Below the pieces are notes generated by a model. That model was given only the letters and a program-made list of their open reading frames with translations, made no database searches and was not told the DNA's origin. Positions 1 through 12,184 of a stretch of 36,208 bases of DNA are shown here, piece after piece. Source of the DNA: Syncephalis fuscata S228 (lineage: Eukaryota; Fungi; Zoopagomycota); contig JAHLTZ010000077.1 of NCBI GenBank assembly GCA_025786725.1, positions 1-36,208 on the forward strand, in the 5' to 3' direction. How positions within the stretch are numbered: the stretch's first letter is position 1; each line of letters opens with the position of its first letter. The translations under genes and the position numbers were made by a program.

Positions 1-33
1 CGTGTATTAATTAATTAATTATATTGTAATTAG

Positions 34-982
34 CCCATGGGTCTGTACAAAGGTGTTATGTCACCGTTGGCTGGCATTGGTATTTGTAATGCCGTTCTTT
101 TTACGGCCAATGGATACTTTAGATCAGTCATACGTGAACACCAGCCAGAATCGGAACGCTCACGACCATTTACAACCGGCGAACTTATGCTTGCTGGTGG
201 TCTATCCGGCCTGGCCATGGCCTTGGTCAATTGTCCAGTAGAATTGCTTAAAATCAAGCTACAAGTACAGTTTGGTTCAGCACCGGCCATTGGTTCAGAT
301 GGCAAGCCTATTCGACCAGTAAGTAGTTTGCAATTACAATCTACATGTATCATTACTAATATAAATTACAGTATTCTGGCGTTATTGATTGTGGTGTTCG
401 ATCATTTAAAGAGTCAGGATTACGCGGCCTATATCGCGGTATTGTACCAACATTTGTACGTGACTTTCCTAGTTATGCAGCCTATTTTGGTAAGTATTCG
501 ATGATATAAATAATTAATTTACTGATCAAAGCATTATATTTATACATCTATTTTTATATTATTATAGGTGGCTACGAATTATTAAAACGTAAACTATCCG
601 CTAATGGATCAGGTGAAGTAGGCCCACTAGGCATGATATTTGCCGGCGGTATGGCCGGTGTCTTTTGTTGGGTTGTGTGTTGGCCTCAAGATGTTATTAA
701 ATCTCGTATGCAAAGCGATCCAAGGTAACAAGTTAGCATGGCCATAGATTGTTTACTGATCTATCTATCTATCTATCTATGAATATTAGCTATCGATCAA
801 CGATTGAATGCATTCGTAGTCTCATTCGTCAAAATGGTAGTAATATTGGCAGCTACTTTAAAGGATTCGGCCCAACTATGGCCCGTGCTTTCCCTGCTAA
901 TGCAGCAACATTTATGGCCTATGAATACACCATGGGCTGGATGCGTGGAAACCAGGAGAAAATAGAAGATAACGATGACTGA
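34..982 (+). CDS. Mitochondrial carrier (SLC25) protein, carnitine/basic amino acid carrier-like; 5' end lies outside the window
   Basis: Exons 34-318, 372-489, 568-724, 790-982 joined by GT-AG introns. Carrier signatures P-VELLK and P-QDVIKSRMQ, plus GLYKG/GLYRG/YFKG and RDFPSYAAYF/RAFPANAATF repeats. Confidence 0.92.
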
Positions 983-1162
983 AAATGCTTTATTTGTTAA
1001 TGTGCTATACAATGTTCTAAACGGTCATAGACCATGACGATAATAGTGTGCGTGTATCATCTCTTCACGGCACTATTAGATAATAAATGACGCGATCTAC
1101 TATACTATACTTTGATATACATCAAATGTTAATTCAATTAAAGTTTATTACTGATATATCGA

Positions 1163-2467
1163 TTAAGAAGTAGCATGAATGGCCTTCTTGGCCGGAGCCG
1201 CCAATGATGACGGTGCTGGGTGTGCATGTCCTCGACGAGCATCAAATACGCGCAGTGCTTCATCGAGTCGTGCACGTTCTACATCACTCATAGGCAATGA
1301 GTGTTCGGGAGCAGGAAATGCCCGTTGTCTTGTCTCATCATGGTACTGTTTTAGTGCTGCGGTAATTGGTTCAGCCAATCGTGCATATTGTTTACAAAAG
1401 CTAGAATAATTATAATGTTAATTAATAAATACAAATCATTAATTTTATTTACTTACCGTGGACTAAACTTATCAAATAGACCAAGTACATCTGGGTAGAC
1501 TAGCACTTGACCGCTGCACCCAACACCTGCACCAATACCAATAGTAGGAATTTGAAGTCGCTGTGTTACGGCAGCTGCTACTTCATCTGGCACACACTCA
1601 ATAACAATGCCCCAGCAGCCGGCTTCTTGCAAGGCAAGTGCATCTTCAATAATGCTAATAGCCTATGCAGTGTTTCACAAATAGATCGTTCATTAGTAAG
1701 TAAAGGGTAAAAAACAGTCGGTGCTGGTCTTCATTGCGCCATTACTTACTTGATTGGCTTTTTTACCTTGGACTCGGAAGCCACCGTAGGTGTTCAGGTG
1801 CTGCGGTCGCAGTCCAATGTGGCCTAGCACAGGTATACCGGCCTGCACCATACGTTTAACACTATCAGCCATTTCACGGCCCGCTTCGAGTTTCACTGCC
1901 TCGACATTGCCTTCCTGCATCATACGGAAGCCATTGCGCACTGCTTGTTCGGCACTTTCTTGAAAACTACCGAAAGGCATGTCCCCAATTAGCATTGCAT
2001 GACGACACCCCCGTCGAGTGGCACGGCAATGGTGCAACATTTCCTGTAGAGTAACGGAGACGGTACTGTCGTAGCCGAGTGCCACCATGCCAAGTGAGTC
2101 ACCCACCAGGCAGACATCGACGCCAGACCGATCTACCAAAAGACCCGTTGGATAGTCGTAGGCCGTTAGCATTGTTATGGGTTTTTGGGTGTCATAGAGA
2201 CGACGAACGGTTTGTAAAGTTACTTTTTTTCTTGGCTGATCTATTGGCATCAAAATTTATACAATTAATAAACATTTATTACCACATTATACAGATGTGT
2301 GCATAATAGCATTTACCTTCGGTTGGAGTGGTTGGACGTGCACTGTAGTAGCGCAAAGGACAGACAGCCGCCAGCGGTAAATGACCTCGTACTCGAGCAA
2401 TACCAGTAGCAGCACTAGCACTACGGGCAACACCACTAAACATGTTGCAGGTTGTTCGTAGCCACAT
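1163..2467 (-). CDS. panB: Ketopantoate hydroxymethyltransferase (PanB/Ecm31) with probable mitochondrial presequence
   Basis: Exons 2467-2317, 2240-1750, 1662-1457, 1400-1163. Motifs [43 protein letters not shown]. The N-terminus is Arg/Ser/Ala-rich and lacks acidic residues. Confidence 0.96.
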
Positions 2468-3708
2468 GAATAAAATATTTGTCTGATGAATGTATTCAAA
2501 TGCAATTAGCAAAGTGTAAAGTTAAGGTAAAATACGCAAAAACATAAAAAAAGCTCTTTGCCAATAAATGAAACACAGGTGGTGAAATTCTCACGATAAC
2601 TTGAAGCTATAGCGACATTTATTTAAAACAATGAGGAGCCAATGCTTTACCAATACTGTATTCTATAATAATTGAGCTTGATATTAAACTACAGCCATTT
2701 TTATCATTACATTGACCATTTCGCTAATGAACGTGTTCTATGATAGTAACTTATTTTGGTGGTAGAATAATTTTATTTATTTATTTTATCTTTTTAATAT
2801 AACCTAATATTTTAAATTATTTATTAATAAAGATTTTAATTCATTTTCAATATTTTTATTCATATATTCCATTGTTGTATTGTGTTGTTACAATATCTAA
2901 TTACGGTATTATGGCCGCGTAGTTATCTACCATGCGATTGATCCATAACATTCATCATGAAGTCGAACAACATGATAACGATAACATGTGAATAGACACG
3001 ACAACAATATACTAAATACTAGGACTAACAATCATAAACAAACAGCTATCCAAGAACATAACTAGTAGATACTTGTTGTTTACTGACACATGATCAACCA
3101 TATGAACAAAGCTCAAGTTTTATTAACAATAGTATTTACTATACACTACTAGCTTTATTAGGACTATAATAAACATATCTATATTTCTAGTTTATATTAT
3201 TTTTTCTACTTTAGTTAAAAGTGTCATTTAGTTATTAAAAGCTTAACTATGGTAATAGATAATTAAAAAAGAATCATTTATTATTTATTTTATAATAGCA
3301 TCAGGCTCATGTTGTACTAAGGCAAGTAATTAATTAGTGGTCACTGATGCTTAGGTGATAGAAGTAGGCTTGGAAAAAATGTAACTATTCAGTTGCTAGT
3401 CGTTGCGATGTAGTGCTAGGTTGTTAACAATCAACAATTATTCTTATATCAATATCAGTACAACATCATTTCATTATATGATAGTGATAGATTTTTTACT
3501 ATCCATGGTATATTTACAAATAAACAGTCGATTTTATTGCCAATATATATAACTACAATATTCACATTAACATTGACATATTTATACCGGCCTATGCTTG
3601 TAGCTAATACAATATAATTGCACATGTTTTTTGTTAATACTATTACTTGATTAATAATTAAGAATTATTGAATACAAATAGAACACAATTATCAATATAG
3701 CAATTTGA

Positions 3709-4269
3709 TTGTTTTTTTTAAAATGGAACCATAAGTTTATTACAAGTTTGCACAGTTAAATAGGAACAACTAATTGCAAGCTTATTAGTAAAAGTGATTT
3801 TATTGACTAATGACTGGATAAACCGGAGCATTGGCCAAAACTTGATATATAAATAGACTGGACGGCGTAGTTGTCAAATGGTCTTGTTTTTCACCGAATA
3901 TATATCTAAAGTGTATTGAAATAGTGGCTTGATTACACTACCAATGCTAATGTCTTGAAACCATCGATTATGATTGACACTTGGGTTTGCATCGAATTTT
4001 GCAAAAAACCATGCATTCATGCATGCATTTTTGACATTCCGCACTATTACCACGACGAACCAAAGCTGGATTACCATCCATCGTAGCTGGTTTAGCATCC
4101 ACCACGGCTGTAGTGGCTATCAAAGCCACAACGACGGTGCAAACGACGGCAATAGAAAGCTTCATGGTGATATTAATTTGTTAAAACAAACAAATAAAAG
4201 AGATAGTAGAGTGTGGTTGGTATAGAGTGTATAGTAGTGCGTGTATAGCAAGAAGTAGAGTGTAATGAT
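3709..4269 (-). repeat. Palindrome 1, left arm (561 bp)
   Basis: Reverse complement of 4803-5363 (constant coordinate sum 9072). Two substitutions seen (3784/5288 and 3861/5211), both 3' of the CDS. Confidence 0.97.
3968..4165 (-). CDS. Small secreted cysteine-rich prepropeptide, copy A (65 aa)
   Basis: MK plus a hydrophobic signal ending VDA, a short propeptide ending LVRR, and a 27-aa tail with 6 Cys. Good Kozak context (CACCATG). Intronless and identical to copy B. Confidence 0.88.
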   Translation of the reverse strand: MKLSIAVVCTVVVALIATTAVVDAKPATMDGNPALVRRGNSAECQKCMHECMVFCKIRCKPKCQS

Positions 4270-4554
4270 CGCAACTGGCTATAATAAAAGTAAAGAATTA
4301 TATAAAAATACCATTTTGATACATTAAATTTGTTTTTACATCAAAGCTGTGTGCTATTCTGTATGCATGCAGATGTTGAGAACCGAATCGGTAGAAATGG
4401 CAACAAAGACATTATTATTATTTTTTACAAAGCCAAAACAATATACTTGTTTTTACCAAATAGTTAAATCATGTAACAGAAAATACAGGCGAATATGTCT
4501 ATTTTTATCGCATATGTACTGGATTATTATCATTGTTACATTATTCGTGCAAAT

Positions 4555-4623
4555 GACCGGGCAGGTTAAAAGAAAGACCAGGCAGGTTAAAAGAAAGACC
4601 AGGCAGGTTAAAATAAAGACTGG
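4555..4623 (+). repeat. 21-bp minisatellite, about 3.3 copies, in the palindrome 1 spacer
   Basis: GACCRGGCAGGTTAAAAKAAA at 4555, 4576 and 4597, plus a partial GACTGG at 4618. Confidence 0.95.
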
Positions 4624-4802
4624 AAGCATTCTATCCCGCCCTGAATCTATTGGTACATGTGCACCTCAAACCATTACCTGGATTGTTTTATTGGTTCATA
4701 TTACACACCAATGGTATATCTTGTATACTACAGTATACTAGCATCTCAGCATAACCATAAGTTTAAATAGCCCACAAAATATACACAACCAACTGCGATA
4801 TC

Positions 4803-5363
4803 ATCATTACACTCTACTTCTTGCTATACACGCACTACTATACACTCTATACCAACCACACTCTACTATCTCTTTTATTTGTTTGTTTTAACAAATTAAT
4901 ATCACCATGAAGCTTTCTATTGCCGTCGTTTGCACCGTCGTTGTGGCTTTGATAGCCACTACAGCCGTGGTGGATGCTAAACCAGCTACGATGGATGGTA
5001 ATCCAGCTTTGGTTCGTCGTGGTAATAGTGCGGAATGTCAAAAATGCATGCATGAATGCATGGTTTTTTGCAAAATTCGATGCAAACCCAAGTGTCAATC
5101 ATAATCGATGGTTTCAAGACATTAGCATTGGTAGTGTAATCAAGCCACTATTTCAATACACTTTAGATATATATTCGGTGAAAAACAAGACCATTTGACA
5201 ACTACGCCGTTCAGTCTATTTATATATCAAGTTTTGGCCAATGCTCCGGTTTATCCAGTCATTAGTCAATAAAATCACTTTTACTAACAAGCTTGCAATT
5301 AGTTGTTCCTATTTAACTGTGCAAACTTGTAATAAACTTATGGTTCCATTTTAAAAAAAACAA
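4803..5363 (+). repeat. Palindrome 1, right arm (561 bp)
   Basis: Inverted copy of 3709-4269. Confidence 0.97.
4907..5104 (+). CDS. Small secreted cysteine-rich prepropeptide, copy B (65 aa)
   Basis: Same protein as 3968-4165. AATAAA at 5268 and 5331 downstream. Confidence 0.88.
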   Translation: MKLSIAVVCTVVVALIATTAVVDAKPATMDGNPALVRRGNSAECQKCMHECMVFCKIRCKPKCQS

Positions 5364-8300
5364 GCCAGTTGTAATTCTTTAAATTATAGAGTGAGCTGTG
5401 ATTGGTACATGCATGCATTTCATTCAACACTATGCCCATTGTTATGGGGGGTAATCATTGTTTCGAATTTACAAATGCATCAAATCTAGGCATATCATGC
5501 TACATGCTGTGCAACTGCCATCATTCAAATGGTGGCTAATCTAAATCACCTGAAATTGATTCTACAATGAGTATTGTTTGTAGGATGATGTATCATGGCA
5601 TTTTAAGCAATGGGACATTCCAACAAGTCATTTTCGCCATCAGTTTTCTGTTGTAAACTGAAATACATCGGCTAAATTACACGCAATACAATATCCAGAC
5701 ACTAGACTAGATACAATAAAAAATTCTGCTCAAACATCAACAATTTTGAGTGCATAATGGCTGTGGATTGCATATAAATTGGTAATTATCCAAGGCCTAA
5801 CTGCTGCTTACATTTATAAAATCACTTCTGACAAGTTAAGCAAAATAGAATGTAGAAGAACAAGCCAAAGCAGAAACCAATGGAAAAACAACTGGCAGCT
5901 CAAAAGCTTACTGGTTTAACTTATAACAAATCATTATCGGCATACCATGTTAAGCTGCGTTTATCAACGATCTAACTACTGATAATACAGCTAGAACAAT
6001 AGCTTTAAACGAAAGTAACGCATGAAATTAAAAACATTGTACATAGCATTTAATAAAACTGCAAAATACACACATGCTGTTGTTACTGTTCTATAATTCC
6101 GCACAGGGTTTTGTGAAAGTGTGACCAAGAGATATGCCATGTGATTGGATCACCAGTTAAAGTCGCATGTGATTGATCACAAGAATAATATATTTATTGG
6201 ATATTAATACCGATTACTAGTAACAAATGTCTATTACAACAATATGACGTGTAGCTACTTGTTAGTTGTGAGCATATGAGCAGTCACCTGAACTAATATG
6301 CTGCACTAATGATGAAATACTACAAGGCATTCCAGTTCTATTATTAGTTGTGTTTACTATACAATGATAGCTTTATTCAATATAAATAAAGTAATAGTCA
6401 AGTTTCTAGTCCAATATTATTTCTACTTAGTGTCATACAAGTTATTCAATTTATTATAGTTAAACTGTGGTAATTAATGACCAATAAGGAATAATTTTAT
6501 TATAAAAGCAATACAACCAAACAACACATTGTATTCTGAGCGTTAATGTAAGCGTTAATAAGCATCAGAAATTAACGTTATAGGATAGCAACAGGACAAG
6601 GTGTTGCTTGGTCATCTAAGTTGTGATTCCTAAAACTAGAAGCGTAACAACATAATTAGTAAATAGTCATCTGATACACAACACAATTTATGAGCTATTA
6701 TAATCATTATTTATAATACTGTTAATAAATAGAGAAATTTTGAAAAATGTCTTGTTTTTAAAATTCAAAAATTTTAAATTCACTCCTCTTAATAAATTAT
6801 GATTTTAAATAAGCATAAATAAAATTATTAAATTATTAAACCCTTTTATTAAAAGAATATCGCTAAATATTTACCAAACTATTTAAAAAATTATATTTAC
6901 CAGCATCGAAGAAATGAGGATCGCTATTGACGAGTTTAAGCTCGCTAGCGATTGCAATTTTAAGAGGAAAAACAATCTAGCAAGATTATTGCTTATTTAT
7001 TTTGATAAAGACAATTCCAGCAAGAAATTTCAGTTTGTTTGGCTGCCAAAAAGCGGAAACTGGCCTAATAAAAATTGTCCAATGCAATCTTAACCATTTT
7101 AATGGTTGTCCATATAATTTTAGAAATAATATCATTAAATGTATTAATAAATATATTACAAATAATGTTGCTACATTTTTAAATATAAAACCAAAAGATG
7201 TACAAGTAAAATTATTAAGTACATATTTAATTATTAAATACACACTAACAATTGTAATAGCTTAACAGATGTTATTATTTTCATTATAAAACTTAATCTG
7301 CTTTTAATTCAATAAAAAATGACATTGTTACAACAACAGTAATAAAATTATGTAAATTTGACTAAACAATTAAAGAAAGAAAAAATAAAAGTAGCTTACT
7401 CAAATGTTTTAATACCAATTTAACAATAATAAAATATTATTAGTGTCAAACGGCTTTAACTTCTAACAATAGCTTAGATTAGCAGATTATAACAAAAGTT
7501 GTAATTGCATAAATTCCAACAATAAGCTAAAATGAATTGGGTTATAAAAAGGCACCTTATTATTTGAGTAACAATATTAGTTATTTATTATATTGCTGAA
7601 ACATAAACAAAAGTTATAAAGCTAAAAATCACTGATGGGAAAAAAGTTAATCGCAATTAATGCAACAATTTTAATTTAAGACCTTTTATTTACGTAATTT
7701 AGTTAATTGTAGCCATATTAACAGTAATGCCAATTGTGTTCTACTTGTTAAAGGGCTTCCAGCGATATACTTGTGGTAAATGCAACTCAAAAACACAGTA
7801 AAAAACATACTGTGTAAATATTAGCACTAATAGTGTTGAAGCAGTAGTTAATGTTGGAATAAAAGTTTACAACTATTTTTAGTCAATATAGTTAGACCAA
7901 AATAAGCTGAATATTAGTCAATTAACATTTATATGTTAAACATTAAAGCATAGAGAACACCAGAGGCTAACATGATAGCACAGCATCAAGATAGAGTGCT
8001 GTTTGCTCGTTTAATCCACGGCTTCTAAAACTAAAGCTATAGCACTAATGGCATTGCATTAATACTTTTAACATTTGAATCAAACAGCCATGTATATATA
8101 TGTCACTATTATTAATAGCTATTTGTGATGCTTATTGCAAATGATAGTTCGTTGCTGGTTCGCATTTAATTTATGCACCAAAAGCAATAAATCAAATACA
8201 GCTTTGTTAAGTTTATAATGTTTTTAAACTTTACCTAGATTAATTGCTTATAACATGCTAAAATCATTAAGCATACAAACAAACAATACACGCCAATATT

Positions 8301-8528
8301 GCCAACATCAACGGCAAACTCTTTTAAAACATATTAAATAGCCTGCTTGTATCGATACTAGCAGTGGCAATTTGTTAGATACAAACTGCTTAATCCGATC
8401 TAGCACTTGTAGGCAAATCAGTAAATCAAAGACAATAAATTGTAATAAGTTTTATTAATTAGCACTTTAGCGCTGATTCGGTTCTAGCGTTGTTCGTTAT
8501 TCTATCTTAGTCGTACGTCGCTGCTTGT

Positions 8529-9014
8529 TTAGCATTTTGGGAAGTTCTTTGGCAGTTTATCGTTACGGCCAAAGTCCTGTGTCCAGTAAGCTTTGCCTCC
8601 ACTGCCTACAGCCATGCCACTGCCGAAATGCGTGGCATCGCTTACTAAGTTTTGGAGATGAAGAGGTGAGCGAATCCAGCTGTCCATAACTTGCTCAATA
8701 GATGTCTGTCCGCCCGCAACATTTTCTCTTACGCTGTTCCATCCGCCACCGCTGATAGAGCAGCGTTCCATTAAAGCAGGTTCACCAGCGAAAGAATGAC
8801 TCATTTGGTTATTACGAGCTTGAAGTGCACTATGGGTCTGTGCAGCTTTGTTTAAACCGGCATCAATTGCAAGTGGTGGAAGCTTTCGTTCACCGCGGAA
8901 TTTGTTGACCAGACAAAGCATCTTTGTCGGATCGAAGCTAACTGGACCGGCAGTCACTTCAATTGTGCTAGCGGCAAATACGGTAATTGCGACGAGAGTG
9001 ATGAGAAATTTCAT
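8529..9014 (-). CDS. Secreted CAP/SCP (PR-1 superfamily) protein of bacterial YkwD-like type, copy A
   Basis: Signal peptide, then LVNKFR..LPPL, AAQTHS, MSH, ENVAGGQ, V.DSW..SPLH..N, G.G and YWTQDFG motifs. Intronless. Confidence 0.95.
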   Translation of the reverse strand: MKFLITLVAITVFAASTIEVTAGPVSFDPTKMLCLVNKFRGERKLPPLAIDAGLNKAAQTHSALQARNNQMSHSFAGEPALMERCSISGGGWNSVRENVAGGQTSIEQVMDSWIRSPLHLQNLVSDATHFGSGMAVGSGGKAYWTQDFGRNDKLPKNFPKC

Positions 9015-9719
9015 GATGATAGTGGTTGTAGGTTCAAAAGTCGTGCGTAGCAGTTGGTGCGTTTAGTCGATCTATCAGACTAGCTGTATAAATGATGTAA
9101 AAAGTGCTGGTTTATAGGTCGTTATAGAAGCTGTAGCTTTGTTGGGATGTTGAATCAATTATTGACCAAATAAACCGACGTGTATTTATATTCAATTTTG
9201 TATCTACTGCTTTAAGATATGTTTTATAATAATACCCATGAACAAAATCATTTTCATTGTTTAGGTCCTAAGTGGTGTAAAAGACAAACATACTTAGTTG
9301 CACCATGCTGAAACATGATTGTTCTTAGTGGCCCAGACTTTAAAGTTACAAGTAATAAGCCGGCTATTTCATTGTCATCAAACAGTATCTTTGTACATTG
9401 TATTGTTATAATTTGCCCGCCATGCTTGTATGTTATAGGCTTATTAACTATTTAGTAATATTAATATTTTGATACAACGTGCAATAGTTATGAACATTGT
9501 AAAGTGGCATGATCTGCTATTGTTATAGATATAGCCATCATAAAAATATGATATTTGTTATTCCAATAGCTATAGCTATTCTAGAATTTAATTATGTTTT
9601 ATTTGTAATAATCATGGCCGGCTTAAAAAGTATTTTTAACGTAATTATGTGGTAAAAATTAATGGAATGTGAATTAAAAAATAATAGCGATCAGCTAATT
9701 GGTATAGCGTTGTTAAAAT

Positions 9720-10695
9720 TATGTATAACTTTTCGTAAAATGAAGCAAATTGTTTGATGTTTTGCACAAGTATACATATGGCATATAAGTGACTATTAGC
9801 AAAGTATACCGTTATTATAGTGCATGATGGTGTAATGGTTGCAATAATACGCTGATAAATGTGCAAAAATAGCAGGTTTTAGTCATTTATGACTTGTATA
9901 AACAAAACACAGCAAAATGATTGCTAGATTCGAGTTCTCCATGCTTCGCTGATTAGATTGGTATAAGATTTAGAATAATGATTTTTGAAAAAATAATTAG
10001 TCAAAAAATGCGATTTACGTATTTTTAATCCACTCAATAAATATTGATAATAATACGTATAACTTTACTTAAAATAAAGCAAATGGCATAATATTTTGCA
10101 CAAGTATGTATATGATATACAGATAGCTACTGGCAAAGTATACCGTTATTGTATTGCGTGATGGTGTATTTATCATGGCAATACACTAATAAATGTGTAA
10201 AAATAGTGGTTTTTGGTCATTTATGACTTGTATAAACAAAATACAACAAAATGATTGCTAGATTCGAGTTTTTATGCTTTGCTGATCAGATTGGTATAAG
10301 CTTTAGAACAGCGATTTTTGAAAAAATAATTAGTCAAAAAATGCGATTTACGTATTTTTAATCCACTCAATAAATATTGATAATAATACGTATAACTTTA
10401 CTTAGAATAAAGCAAATGGCATAATATTTTGCACAAGTATGTATATGATATACAGATAGCTACTGGCAAAGTATACCGTTATTGTATTGCGTGATGGTGT
10501 ATTTATCATGGCAATACACTAATAAATGTGTAAAAATAGTGGTTTTTGGTCATTCATGGCTTATATAACTAAAATACAACAAAATGATTGCTAGATTCGA
10601 GTTCTCCATGCTAAGCTGTACCGTTTGGTATAAAATATAGAACAGCGATTTTGGCAACAAAAGTTAGCCGAAATTCAATTTGCGCGTATTTAGTT
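9720..10695. repeat. 333-334-bp tandem repeat array, left (~2.9 units, diverged at both ends)
   Basis: Marker ATGATTGCTAGATTCGAG recurs at 9917, 10251 and 10584. A diverged part-unit lies at ~9720-9916. Confidence 0.93.
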
Positions 10696-10875
10696 GTTAA
10701 CAAAACCTTAGTTATATGTATATTTGTGGCATAAATTGCCGCCATGTATCGGTATTTCTGCATAGCAACTTTATTATATTTGTTTAGCGCTATATAACAC
10801 TTTGAATTTACTATGGACCAAACTTTATTTTTGCATTAAAATTCTAAATTTTTTAAAATTAAATTACTTTTCATT

Positions 10876-12184
10876 AACTAAATACGTGCAAATTGAATTT
10901 TGGCTAACTTTTGTTGCAAAAATTGCTGTTCTATATTTTATATCAATCTGATCAGCAAAGCATGGAAAACTCGAATCTAGCAATTATTTTGCTGTATTTT
11001 AGTTATATAAGCCATGAATGACCAAAAACCACTATTTTTACACATTTATTAGTGTATTGCCATGATAAATACACCATCACGCAATACAATAACGGTATAC
11101 TTTGCCAGTAGCTATCTGTATATCATATACATACTTGTGCAAAATATTATGCCATTTGCTTTATTCTAAGTAAAGTTATACGTATTATTATCAATATTTA
11201 TTGAGTGGATTAAAAATACGTAAATCGCATTTTTTGACTAATTATTTTTTCAAAAATCGCTGTTCTAAAGCTTATACCAATCTGATCAGCAAAGCATAAA
11301 AACTCGAATCTAGCAATCATTTTGTTGTATTTTGTTTATACAAGTCATAAATGACCAAAAACCACTATTTTTACACATTTATTAGTGTATTGCCATGATA
11401 AATACACCATCACGCAATACAATAACGGTATACTTTGCCAGTAGCTATCTGTATATCATATACATACTTGTGCAAAATATTATGCCATTTGCTTTATTTT
11501 AAGTAAAGTTATACGTATTATTATCAATATTTATTGAGTGGATTAAAAATACGTAAATCGCATTTTTTGACTAATTATTTTTTCAAAAATCGCTGTTCTA
11601 AAGCTTATACCAATCTGATCAGCAAAGCATAAAAACTCGAATCTAGCAATCATTTTGTTGTATTTTGTTTATACAAGTCATAAATGACCAAAAACCACTA
11701 TTTTTACACATTTATTAGTGTATTGCCATGATAAATACACCATCACGCAATACAATAACGGTATACTTTGCCAGTAGCTATCTGTATATCATATACATAC
11801 TTGTGCAAAATATTATGCCATTTGCTTTATTTTAAGTAAAGTTATACGTATTATTATCAATATTTATTGAGTGGATTAAAAATACGTAAATCGCATTTTT
11901 TGACTAATTATTTTTTCAAAAATCATTATTCTAAATCTTATACCAATCTAATCAGCGAAGCATGGAGAACTCGAATCTAGCAATCATTTTGCTGTGTTTT
12001 GTTTATACAAGTCATAAATGACTAAAACCTGCTATTTTTGCACATTTATCAGCGTATTATTGCAACCATTACACCATCATGCACTATAATAACGGTATAC
12101 TTTGCTAATAGTCACTTATATGCCATATGTATACTTGTGCAAAACATCAAACAATTTGCTTCATTTTACGAAAAGTTATACATA
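10876..12184. repeat. 333-334-bp tandem repeat array, right (~3.9 units, inverted relative to the left array)
   Basis: Reverse marker TAGCAATYAT at 10978, 11311, 11644 and 11978. Confidence 0.93.

Larger units (their letters stand above)
7561..10695 (-). repeat. Palindrome 2, left arm (~3.1 kb)
   Basis: Mirror of the right arm with coordinate sum 21904 over 7561-10404 and 21571 over 9980-10695. No mismatch found in spot checks up to 10578. The innermost 117 bp have 14 mismatches. Confidence 0.96.

Noticed and set aside
4555-4623. CRISPR-like array
   Set aside because: Units are directly adjacent with no unique spacers, the context is eukaryotic, and there are no cas genes.
4349-4741. 130-aa ORF in the palindrome 1 spacer
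   Set aside because: Non-ATG start, no recognisable domain, and kept open partly by the in-frame 21-bp repeat.
3874-5198. Overlapping 74- and 83-aa ORFs around the peptide genes
   Set aside because: Alternative-frame or antisense shadows that appear twice only because of the palindrome.
5852-5926. TGSSKAYWF resembling the CAP C-terminus GSGGKAYWT
   Set aside because: Bounded by stops with no other CAP motif nearby, so too short to call a pseudogene.
6920-6980. Hairpin (ATCGCTA/TAGCGAT) followed by CTAG as a possible Helitron 3' end or snoRNA
   Set aside because: Spacing and flanking base do not fit Helitron ends, and there are no convincing box motifs.
6986-7265. 85- and 87-aa ORFs, and likewise 9645-9866, 12038-12259, 14875-15057, 16385-16648 and the ORFs at 19811-21223
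   Set aside because: AT-rich or microsatellite-derived composition (I/L/Y/N-rich) with no domains or supporting splice structure.
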